The notes under the pieces: generated by a model
The model's input: the letters and a program-made list of their open reading frames with translations, nothing else
What the model was told of the DNA's origin: nothing
Databases searched by the model: none
NCBI GenBank assembly: GCA_965644295.1
Contig: CBFFRP010000120.1
Location: 55,639 to 119,638 of the forward strand
Reading direction: 5' to 3'
Source of the DNA: Paraphysomonas bandaiensis
Lineage: Eukaryota > Protista > Chrysophyceae
Length of the DNA: 64,000 bases
Position numbers and translations under genes: made by a program
Part shown: in pieces, positions 52,966 through 62,783 of the stretch
How the letters are laid out: every line of letters begins with the position of its first letter
Numbering within the stretch: position 1 is the stretch's first letter

Positions 52966-54836
52966 GGTGCAACCACTTCCGTTCTTGATGTTGTGTGTGA
53001 GTTCGCCCTGCTCGTGTGTCTGAGGACTCACTGGCGCGTGTTGTCCGGGGGTCTCCCCTTGGGATAAGGTTCCGCCTGGCTCTGAGGTACCGGGTTCTGT
53101 ATTAAGGTCCTGAGTGTACCGAGCACTAGATGTGTGTATTGAAAGGTTGATGGTGTGGTGGAGTGTAGCGGTGTCACCATGCACAGTTTGGGCGTTGGGC
53201 ATAGGAGGAGTTGCCGGAGACGTCGTCGCCGTTGTCTAGGGCCTGTTGGTTTCATACGGTCCGGTGCTATGGTCCTTTGTGTATGGTTGGGAGGGTTCAT
53301 AGGTGCGGTGGGCGGTGTTCCAGTCTTGGTTCGTCTGTGGATTCCTAGTAATCTTAGCACCCTTGGGCGTTTCCGTTTCTGTCTTTGTTGTGGACTCGGC
53401 CGCGGTAGTAGCCTTGGGGGACCTTTCCGTAGGGTCACGTATCTTCTACTTCGATCTTGGATCATGAGCTTTGCTGCAGCGAAAAGCGGTAGAAGTAATT
53501 TGATGATCGCTGATTCGATGCTGCGCAGTCCTTGGGATGTCAGTGACTCATGGATGTGATCTCCAAAAACCATTTCAAGCTGTGTAGTTGTGATGGTACC
53601 CGTCCAGAATCTCTCCACCTGTGGCACGGAAGGGTTCCAGGCCCTGCTGGAGAGTCGCTGTAGTACAGTGGTGGTCCATTGGGGTAGTTCCGGATTTCTC
53701 ATTTCTTCTAGAAGCGCGTTTTTGTGGCTGTGAAATGCAGACTCCCTTATCTGTGTTAAGGTGTCGTTTGTACAGTCTAAACACATATGCTTGAGTGAGT
53801 CTAGTCTAAATCCGCAGTCAGAGCATACAGCTTTAGCCATGTCGAGTCCGTGTTTGGTTTTCGCCCGGTTTCTTCCTATGCTGAAGGATTTGTCCCATGT
53901 CAGTGCTGCATTGAGTACTCGTTGGCTCAGGTGGGAGCTCACTTTGTCCTTTGATGGGCCACCATCTGCTTGCGCCAGTTTGCGCGGAAGTAGTGCTCCG
54001 CTGTCTTTCCAGTATCCAGGAGCCCGGTCAGGATTGTGACCGTAGCGTTGGTCTCGGAGAGCTGTGTAGGCCTCCAGCGCCCGTTGATTACGGAGGGATT
54101 GGAAATCCGTGAGCAGAGGGCTAGTGCGATACGGCCGTCGTTCCCCAGTTAGGCGCCAGTGCCATAAACCCTCGGTACCAACATCCTATGTACTATGTAC
54201 ACCAGTCAATCCTATATCCATAAGTTTCTTCGGAATTTACTTCCTTTGTAACTACACGTGCTAATTTAATCTATTGTACAGTATGAACGCATTTCAATTG
54301 CATAATATATAATATATATCATATCCTACAGCAGACAACAACTGCATAACCACGGCGTTGTAATAAATAATAGTAGAATAAAAAAGTTGGTATGTAGTTA
54401 TGTGCATTGCCCAATCCAATATATTATCTGCAGCCTTGCCGACATAGACACGATTTGGGGCAGTAAATAAAAAAACACAAAGCCACAATATGTACAACAT
54501 AAAATAGTGTTTATTGACTGAACTGGCACAAAGAATAGATAGAAATTCAATCTAAGTTTGTACAGCACAAAGTATTCTTCATTCATACTGTGATATATTT
54601 CTACGTACCATATCACATTTGTAATATACAAAAGAATCCAAACAATAAATATTACAATACCACAGCCATACACTCGCCCTCGCAGTTCCGAACGAAAAAA
54701 TGCAAGGCCTCACATATTTTCCCCTCACACCTCCATGATACACTGTATGTCACAACCTACAGCTGATCACACCTTACATGGAGTAGCCGCCACCGTATAG
54801 CACAACGATTTACCCGACCGAATTCACTATTTCACT

Positions 54837-56503
54837 TCACGTATGGTTTCCTCTATGCGGGTAATAGCGTTGTACATTGCCTGAAACGTCATTGCCATCG
54901 TCTCTACCACTTCTTCCACTCCTTGAGTTCTGCGTCCCATTTGCACGTTTAGACGATCTATTTGGCCTCGACACAACTGGCCTAACATATCTACTATTTT
55001 CCAATTCAAACCCTGAAGAGACACTCATTTCACCAAATGAATTAAAAGCATGGCATGGCAGGCATACATATAATGCATCCCTAATACAACACGCTGACAC
55101 GAAGCAATCACGTCCATGCAGCTGAGATTTGGTTAATAGCAGAGCAATCTTACCCGCCATTCGTGCCAGTGCCCAATCAATATTCTCACTGTTGACTTTC
55201 ATTGGGACTGGCGATTCCTCCAGCTGCTTCCTAGCAGACTCATAGAGAGTACTTGTGCGGCGTAAGAAGTCCTTTAGCACAGAAAGATGAATGTAGCGAC
55301 CAGTGGCTATGAACCGGTGAATATTTCGGATTTGGAGCGTGATTAAATCAACAGCAGGTAGCTCATACCCCCTGCATTGATGTCACATATACATATAATA
55401 GCTAAATTACTGCAGCATCAAACACTGTATCTACAGCTTATCCATCATATCCATGACTACTAGTACGACAGTACACAAGTATCATTTCATACAGTCATAA
55501 CTTACCATTTCACAAACCGCACTTTTCTCTTATTCTGAAATGCCTCTTGTAATGCCGTTTTGTAGTTGGCTGCAATCAAGTTGGTGTTGCCCCAGGCCAC
55601 AGCAGCGACAGAGCTTTGACTGCAGGAGGCAAGTAGGGACTTCGCTTGCTGTACCGAGAACCCAATTGCTTCGGGAATGAAAATGTCAATTATTGGACTG
55701 ACCTAAAAATGATGATGAGAGATAAGATATAACAAAAATAAACTGCAGTTAACCATAGTTGCAGTTGTACACTCGATCACAGTAAGCGCAAAATATGAAC
55801 ACGTCATTATGAGGCACACAAAAAAACTCCTTCTACAGTATATCCTTTACACTATACAACATATACAGCAGCATTGTACATTGATTAAGTTTCACTATAC
55901 ATGATTACTACCATTCTGTATCCATTATTATATAAATTCATTGCAGCAACTCGCATCAGCTCCGCGTCATCCGGAGACATGAATCCATCAATACATGAAC
56001 AAAACTCCTCAGGTGAAAACTCCTATAAATAACGTATATATAAACATATATATACATGTATATATATGCATACATTAACTTACATTACAGAACAAAAACA
56101 TTAATGGTATCTGTTCGCTTCCCTGTAAATCGTATATTCTATCTAGTAGAGATTTCTTATACACCATACGTGAGAGATTATCCGTTAAACATCCAGTTTC
56201 ATTGTAATATAGCACATCTCTAACAGGTACAGATGCATATGTACGAGACATATCATCTATCGATATATCTTGTATGCCTGGTATGCTGTTAAGGTAAGTA
56301 GATTTCCCTGCACACTGTGGACCAATAGTGATGATCATCTCATTGATTGACTCATATGTATGATGATTTGATGATGATATCATGGTTTTATATGGTATGA
56401 TATTATAATACGTATGATGTGTTGATAGTATGAGTGTGGTGTGTATGTATGTGTATGTGGGGGGTATGGACGAGTGGTGGGTTAGTATACGGCGTGAGAG
56501 CAT
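54837..56503 (-). CDS. P-loop (AAA_33/polynucleotide-kinase-like) protein, multi-exon
   Basis: Walker A ITIGPQCAGKST, then ISIDD. Later exons VAWGNTNL..YK and RNIHRFIATGRYI. Start is either 56503 or 56383. Confidence 0.65.
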
Positions 56504-56638
56504 ACAGGGTTCATGTATCTGCTGATGTAGTCTTGATATCCTTTAAGAGATATGAAGTTTCATGTGAATTCATGGTATGGTATTCAATAGATGGCAATAG
56601 GAGAATGAGGTGATATATATATGGACCTTAATGGTGTG

Positions 56639-57328
56639 TGTATGTATGTATGTATGTATGTATGTATGTATGTATGTATGTATGTATGTATGTATGTATG
56701 TATGTATGTATGTATGTATGTATGTATGTATGTATGTATGTATGTATGTATGTATGTATGTATGTATGTATGTATGTATGTATGTATGTATGTATGTATG
56801 TATGTATGTATGTATGTATGTATGTATGTATGTATGTATGAATGTAGGTAGGTAGGTAGGTAGGTAGGTAGGTAGGTATGTATGTATGTATGTATGTATG
56901 TATGTATGTATGTATGTATGTATGTATGTATGTATGTATGTATGTATGTATGTATGTATGTATGTATGTATGTATGTATGTATGTATGTATGTATGTATG
57001 TATGTATGTATGTATGTATGTATGTATGTATGTATGTATGTATGTATGTATGTATGTATGTATGAATGTATGTATGTATGTATGTATGTATGTATGTATG
57101 TATGTATGTATGTATGTATGTATGTATGTATGTATGTATGTATGTATGTATGTATGTATGTATGTATGTATGTATGTATGTATGTATGTATGTATGTATG
57201 TATGTATGTATGTATGTATGTATGTATGTATGTATGTATGTATGTATGTATGTATGTATGAATGTATGTATGTATGTATGTATGTATGTATGTATGTATG
57301 TATGTCTGTATGTATGTATGTATGTATG
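56639..57328. repeat. (TATG)n microsatellite with a (TAGG)n patch, left part
   Basis: Directly visible. Confidence 0.99.
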
Positions 57329-57610
57329 CGCAGAGAAAAAACACGGTACTCGGTCGGATGCTACGGATCAATAAACGGACGGAATACCCCCGTTGCCTTT
57401 TCACACAGTCTACACTACAGGTAGTCAAAAGCAAGGTTCTCTTCGCAGTTACTACAGAACTCGTTAGTAAGAGAAAATTATGTCTCTAGTCTACAGCCGT
57501 ACACTACACACTGCATAACATAACACCATACACCTCTATGTGCCCTATGCATATCTTATACAGTCACTTCAAGTACTAAACTGAAAAGAACATCCTCTTA
57601 TTTCTCTACG
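57329..57610 (-). repeat. 3' LTR, preceded on the minus strand by a short PPT-like CACAGGGGTG (57620-57611)
   Basis: Direct repeat of 61965-62246. Confidence 0.97.
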
Positions 57611-57626
57611 CACCCCTGTGATGTGT

Positions 57627-60600
57627 CTATGCTTCTCCGACGATACGACACATCAAATGACGAAACAATCTTCCTTGCAGGGGTTTAGTCAGCACATCAG
57701 CCAACATCTCTCCTGTAGGTAAGTACTGAAGCTTCACGTCTCCCCTATCATGGTGTTCTTTGACTAAAGCCTGCCTTACTCGTAGATACTTCGATCGGTA
57801 TTTGCCTCCTCCTTTCGTTACGAGGCTGAGAGTAGATGCATTGTCCTGGAATATTGTAGGTGAGTCCATTATACACCCCTGACCACACAGGAACTCATGC
57901 AATTTCATCACACACGGCAGCATGTCAGAGAGTGCGACCAATTCCGACTCAGTGGAGTCCTTAGTGACTAGTTTCTGCTTTGTCGACCGACAAAGCACAG
58001 CCGCATCCCCCACGCTGACCACCACTCCGGTATGGCCCTTTCCATCCTGATGTGTCGCAAATGATGCGTCAATGTATGCTTTTACCTGAATCTTATCTCC
58101 TATTCGCAGGTGTAAATCCTGATTCTTGGTGGACGCCAGGTACTTCAACACTCTCCCCAGCTTCTGCTTGTCATCTTGAGTCGGGTCCTTCACCCTAGTA
58201 GCCAGGTACGCAATAGACAACAAAATATCCGGCCTCACCCTTGTTGCCAGGTATAGCAGCTTTGCCACCACCGTGTGGAATTCTGCGGCGTCTCTCTTGC
58301 CCAATTTCTGCTCGGATTTCTCGTTGAAAAGAGATGCTGTTGCCGGGGAAGCCGTCCCTCCTGTGGTCCCCGTCTCCTCGAGCACTCCCTCCAGGTATGC
58401 CCTCATCGATACCACTGCCTTCCCGTCCTGTACATTTATATGCATACCTATATACGACATGTCATGGTCGGTACAGTGTTTCACCTCGCCGTATTGCTGT
58501 TTCAGTTTTGTCACTAGCCATTCTGTGTCCTCCTTGCACTGAGACATCACTAATAGGTCGTCTACGTGCAGGGTCACGGTGCATTGTTTTCCGTTGACGG
58601 TCCGATTGAAGACGCATTGGTCTACGGGGTTGACTGCAAAGCCGATGCTCTCCAGGTACGTCCTCAGTGTATTGTACCACAATTTAGCGCTCTGAACACA
58701 TCTGTATAGGGCCCGGTCCAATCGTACTAGCAGTCTTCCACGCTCGTCTATGTATGGCTGTACGGCTGGGTCCATCTTTTTCAGGATAGCGGCCAGCATC
58801 GGTTCGAGCTCCATAATGACTTCTTCTCCGGTCATCTCGGCATTCAGGTAAGCTCCTCCAATGTCCACTGTCGAAATATGTCGTCTCTCTTTAGCTGCTA
58901 TCGCTAGACATGCGAATACTGATTGCATTGCTACTGTAGGCGACGATGTATCGGTATAAAGCTTTTTGTCCTGCTGCGCGCCATTTGCAACCAGTCTGGC
59001 CTTGATTTTTTCGAAACGCCCAAGGCCATCGTACTTGGTTTTCAGGAACATCAATGACCGAATCGCCCTTTTGATCTGAGTCGTTGACAGCTCACTCCGA
59101 TGCACTGGGGCTATGGCCTTCTTGTCGTGCAGCAACTGTTTCAGCTCCCGCACTATAGCTAGGTATGCATCCTTACCGTGTTCCTTCAACCCTTGTGTAA
59201 TGCTCGTGTGATAGGCACGGTACATCACTGGTTTTCGTATAGCACCAGCTGCTCTCCTTCCTTCTGTTAGTGACGGTGAGCTCATTGTATTGTGTACCAC
59301 CCCTGTTATGTCTTCTGTATTTATTTCATTAGGGGCGTCACTGCCGGTAGTCGTCGGGCTCTCTTCCTCGCCCATTTGCCCCACAGATTCCGAATTGTTT
59401 GTAGCAGGTGCGTCTTCGCTCATCTCTGTGTTATTGCTCTCATGCTCTGTTGTCGCAGTTGCATTGCCACCCTCTGCGGTGTCGTCTTGCGCTTCTCCGC
59501 ACTGGTCCGGTTGGTCCGCGATAGCTGGTGAGTGCCTTGCGTTTTTCCGATTTTCTTGTGCGGTCTTGTTCACTGCGTCTATCACCAACTGCGTGGTTAT
59601 CATCTTCCTCCAGTTCGTTCTGCTGACATATCTGTTTGTCTTTAGATTCAGGAAGATCCAGCTGCCGTTTGCATTGCCTGCAGGATACAAGGCTATGCAC
59701 GGCTCTGTCCGGTCCTGTTCCGCGTTGTTGCTCTTGACCTTCGGGTCGTAGCACTCCACATAGTCACCGAATGCGAGAGCCAGCTCCTTCTTGAAATTCG
59801 GTTTGATCCCTGTCAATGCCACTCGCGGCGCTACCGTTGATCCATTGGTGGATGGCCTTCTTAGATTCATCCTGCTGTTTGCATACCGTACCAGATCTTT
59901 CACATTGGCGTCAGGTAAGTCCCACGGTAGTCCTGCATGGATGCTCCTGATCATCTCTTTCAGGCGTCGTATTTTCGAGTCGATTTTGTCGAGGTGGTCG
60001 CCTGCTCCCGCGACGTCTATCTCCACCCCTGTAATCTGCCCTCGGAGTGGTTTGAAGCCAGGTTGTGGGTCGAGGTAAGCGATGGTCGGCACATACCCGT
60101 AGCTCCGTAGCAGATTAACGTGTTCCTGAAGTGCGAGTCCTAATGCTTCTGTTGTCTCATTCTGTATTGCAGAGACTACTGACACTCCCAGTGGCTCCGC
60201 CATCGTGAGAAGAAATGACTGCTGTCTCACGCTGAAGATGTCTGAGTAGAACCTCTGCTCTCGCTGCATCTCCGATTTCAGTGCGGTGTCTACGTACTGG
60301 CGCCCCGTTTTTTTGTGAGTGTGCTTCCCGCGCACTGACTCGTATGGGATTCCATATATCTCAAATGCTCTCCGTACGTCACTTGCGGTGAGTTTCAGTC
60401 CTGTTATGTTGCCATCACTGACTAAGTTGATTGCGTCTTTCTCAGAGTCAAATCCCGAGGTCTTGACTAGGTCCCATGCCTCTCGTGCTCGAGCCACTTC
60501 GGCCTTCGAGTGCCTCGCTTCCATGTCAGCTACTGTTGTGACATGTACGTTTCCAGTGGCCCAGTCTCGCATATCTGCGACGTACATTTTGTTCCTTCTT

Positions 60601-61952
60601 GCGAATACCAGGTCTCTACCAGGTAAATGCACAGTATACGATTTGCCTTGCACATATGTTACATCGTACATATCCTCCACATCTGATTGACATAGCACAC
60701 TCGCACGTAAATGATCAGCCGTTGTGCAGGGAAAGAATTGATCCAGATCTCCTACATTTGGTAACTCCATAGCGTGCCCTGAGAGCCCTGCCACGGTACA
60801 TTTCCTGGTCGCCGGCCTTATATTGTGCAGTAATGCAGGGTGAACCACTGATACGTCCGCCTGATTATCTAGCAGTACCTCGTACCACCTGAATGGGTGG
60901 CCTCCGGATGTGAATGCGTTCTTTAGGGTCACCGCACAGTTTCTCTCATCTGCATCTTGGTTGTCAGGGCATTCATTGAGTCGGTGCCCTGGCTCGCCGC
61001 ACCCCCAACATATCAGGGGTTTCCTCCGTTGTTCTCTGTGCCGTGGATTCTTCTGCCCCCTTTTGGATTCTTTGTCGTCGTTTTCGTCACTGTCACTTGC
61101 GCTGTGTTTCCCTTTGCTGGTAGTTTTGCGTTCAGCTTTGGTGACGAAGGCTGCTCCTCCTGCCGCGCGTGTCTGCTTCCTGGCCGGTAGATATTTGGAA
61201 ACCTTGTTGTATATGTCGTTTATGTGTGTGGGTGCAATCTGTGTTCCCATGGTTAGGTCATTGAGGTAATTCGTTTTGAAATCTCCATATCTTGTTTCAT
61301 CAAGTCCGTTAAAGAAGTCCATCGCCACATCGGTGTCGGACATTTTGGCGTTGTCCATTTCTTTGTATGCTTCCAGTAAATAATCAAATTTCTCCTTATA
61401 TGTCACGATGCTTTCGAAAGTCCCTTGCCGAACTTCTTGGTACTTTCGCCTAGTTTCCGCTTTCATCACTGCTCCCACATTGGAGCTTGTCGCTACCTTG
61501 TGTGTCTTTTTTATTGCAAGCCATAGCGATAGTGGATCTTTCGTTGCGTTGAACTCTTGATATTCGTCTAATAGTTTTATAGCGTCGTGGGATTCGTTGC
61601 TCAGGTGCTGTATCATGAATCCGTACAGTGGGGTTCTGTTCTTGGCCATCTCTCCTATGGCCCGAGATCTTCTGATGCATTGATCTTCGATCTCCTTGTA
61701 CCCGATGGGGTCTGTCCTCGGATTGACATCCCTGGTGTCGGGTCTCGGTGGCTCGTAGTACTGGTCAGTCTCCAGCATCTTTGCAAGGTCTCCGTACCTC
61801 ACCATGGCTTCGGCCACCAATTTCTGCTTGAAAATAGGCAGATTACATTTTGCGCCATATCTTAGCATTGGCACTGCGTCATAACTGTCAGACTCTTGTC
61901 TTCTTCCAGATCTTGGATATCTGGGATATCTCTCTTTTGTCGTTTTCTTCAT
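57627..61952 (-). CDS. Copia Gag-Pol polyprotein (1441 aa)
   Basis: Zinc knuckle CWGCGEPGHRLNEC; protease LLDNQADVS; integrase core FYSDIF/YLDPQ; RT KARLVANG, VDIGGAYLNA, LHVDDLL; RNase H IDASF, STESE, QDN, MLADVLTKPL. Confidence 0.97.
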   Translation of the reverse strand: MKKTTKERYPRYPRSGRRQESDSYDAVPMLRYGAKCNLPIFKQKLVAEAMVRYGDLAKMLETDQYYEPPRPDTRDVNPRTDPIGYKEIEDQCIRRSRAIGEMAKNRTPLYGFMIQHLSNESHDAIKLLDEYQEFNATKDPLSLWLAIKKTHKVATSSNVGAVMKAETRRKYQEVRQGTFESIVTYKEKFDYLLEAYKEMDNAKMSDTDVAMDFFNGLDETRYGDFKTNYLNDLTMGTQIAPTHINDIYNKVSKYLPARKQTRAAGGAAFVTKAERKTTSKGKHSASDSDENDDKESKRGQKNPRHREQRRKPLICWGCGEPGHRLNECPDNQDADERNCAVTLKNAFTSGGHPFRWYEVLLDNQADVSVVHPALLHNIRPATRKCTVAGLSGHAMELPNVGDLDQFFPCTTADHLRASVLCQSDVEDMYDVTYVQGKSYTVHLPGRDLVFARRNKMYVADMRDWATGNVHVTTVADMEARHSKAEVARAREAWDLVKTSGFDSEKDAINLVSDGNITGLKLTASDVRRAFEIYGIPYESVRGKHTHKKTGRQYVDTALKSEMQREQRFYSDIFSVRQQSFLLTMAEPLGVSVVSAIQNETTEALGLALQEHVNLLRSYGYVPTIAYLDPQPGFKPLRGQITGVEIDVAGAGDHLDKIDSKIRRLKEMIRSIHAGLPWDLPDANVKDLVRYANSRMNLRRPSTNGSTVAPRVALTGIKPNFKKELALAFGDYVECYDPKVKSNNAEQDRTEPCIALYPAGNANGSWIFLNLKTNRYVSRTNWRKMITTQLVIDAVNKTAQENRKNARHSPAIADQPDQCGEAQDDTAEGGNATATTEHESNNTEMSEDAPATNNSESVGQMGEEESPTTTGSDAPNEINTEDITGVVHNTMSSPSLTEGRRAAGAIRKPVMYRAYHTSITQGLKEHGKDAYLAIVRELKQLLHDKKAIAPVHRSELSTTQIKRAIRSLMFLKTKYDGLGRFEKIKARLVANGAQQDKKLYTDTSSPTVAMQSVFACLAIAAKERRHISTVDIGGAYLNAEMTGEEVIMELEPMLAAILKKMDPAVQPYIDERGRLLVRLDRALYRCVQSAKLWYNTLRTYLESIGFAVNPVDQCVFNRTVNGKQCTVTLHVDDLLVMSQCKEDTEWLVTKLKQQYGEVKHCTDHDMSYIGMHINVQDGKAVVSMRAYLEGVLEETGTTGGTASPATASLFNEKSEQKLGKRDAAEFHTVVAKLLYLATRVRPDILLSIAYLATRVKDPTQDDKQKLGRVLKYLASTKNQDLHLRIGDKIQVKAYIDASFATHQDGKGHTGVVVSVGDAAVLCRSTKQKLVTKDSTESELVALSDMLPCVMKLHEFLCGQGCIMDSPTIFQDNASTLSLVTKGGGKYRSKYLRVRQALVKEHHDRGDVKLQYLPTGEMLADVLTKPLQGRLFRHLMCRIVGEA

Positions 61953-61964
61953 AATTTTCTCTTA
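61950..61964 (-). promoter_or_regulatory. Putative self-priming primer-binding site overlapping the gag ATG
   Basis: Sense TAAGAGAAAATTATG abuts the 5' LTR and is the exact reverse complement of sense LTR segment CATAATTTTCTCTTA (62118-62104). Confidence 0.75.
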
Positions 61965-62246
61965 CGCAGAGAAAAAACACGGTACTCGGTCGGATGCTAC
62001 GGATCAATAAACGGACGGAATACCCCCGTTGCCTTTTCACACAGTCTACACTACAGGTAGTCAAAAGCAAGGTTCTCTTCGCAGTTACTACAGAACTCGT
62101 TAGTAAGAGAAAATTATGTCTCTAGTCTACAGCCGTACACTACACACTGCATAACATAACACCATACACCTCTATGTGCCCTATGCATATCTTATACAGT
62201 CACTTCAAGTACTAAACTGAAAAGAACATCCTCTTATTTCTCTACG
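61965..62246 (-). repeat. 5' LTR (sense CGTAGAGAAA...TTTCTCTGCG)
   Basis: Direct repeat of 57329-57610. TATAAGA at 62196-62190. Confidence 0.97.
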
Positions 62247-62520
62247 GTATGTATGTATGTATGTATGTATGTATGTATGTATGTATGTATGTATGTATGT
62301 ATGTATGTATGTATGTATGTATGTATGTATGTATGTATGTATGTATGTATGTATGTATGTATGTATGTATGTATGTATGTATGTATGTATGTATGTATGA
62401 ATGTATGTATGTATGTATGTATGTAGGTATGTATGTATGTATGTATGTATGTATGTATGTATGTATGTATGTATGTATGTATGTATGTACGTATGTATGT
62501 ATGTATGTATGTATGTATGT
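62247..62520. repeat. (TATG)n microsatellite, right part
   Basis: Directly visible. Confidence 0.99.
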
Positions 62521-62783
62521 ACATGATGCTGTGTGTAAATTTACTGCAAAGTTCTTATATACTGCACAACTCTCGAAAAGCCTGCTTTTAGTTTTACATA
62601 CATGTATATCGGGGTTTTTTATATTTGTGTAGTGAAAAGTCGTTGTGGTTTTGAATTAGGGGACCGACCCTGTACAGGCAGCATGTACATGGAGGTGTGA
62701 ACAGTTCTTGTGTATCGTTAGTTTGGCTCTCTGCCTCATAATCAAACAAACGCCTTCCCTCCTTAAATTTCCCTGTGGGTGAA

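Larger units (their letters stand above)
51638..54176 (-). mobile_element. 5'-truncated non-LTR retrotransposon (LINE) with a nested insertion
   Basis: 13-bp TSD ACCAACATCCTAT at 51625-51637 and 54177-54189. ORF 53028-53942 has the post-RT zinc motif CSDCGFRLDSLKHMCLDC. The 3' tail is shared with other copies. Confidence 0.88.
57329..62246 (-). mobile_element. Full-length Ty1/Copia LTR retrotransposon with non-canonical ends and no tRNA PBS
   Basis: Two 282-bp LTRs that read identical by eye. 5-bp TSD GTATG at 57324-57328 and 62247-62251. Single gag-pol ORF with domain order PR-IN-RT-RH. Confidence 0.97.

Noticed and set aside
56610-57434. MYVC/IHTY repeat ORFs (also 62234-62632)
   Set aside because: Translations of the (TATG)n microsatellite.
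57327-57612. Reading the 3' LTR as canonical TG...CA (sense GGGG-TG-CGTAG...CTGCG-CA-TAC)
   Set aside because: The TG belongs to the PPT side and the CA to the TSD. The 5' LTR is flanked by AC and TA at the same positions, so neither dinucleotide is part of the repeat.
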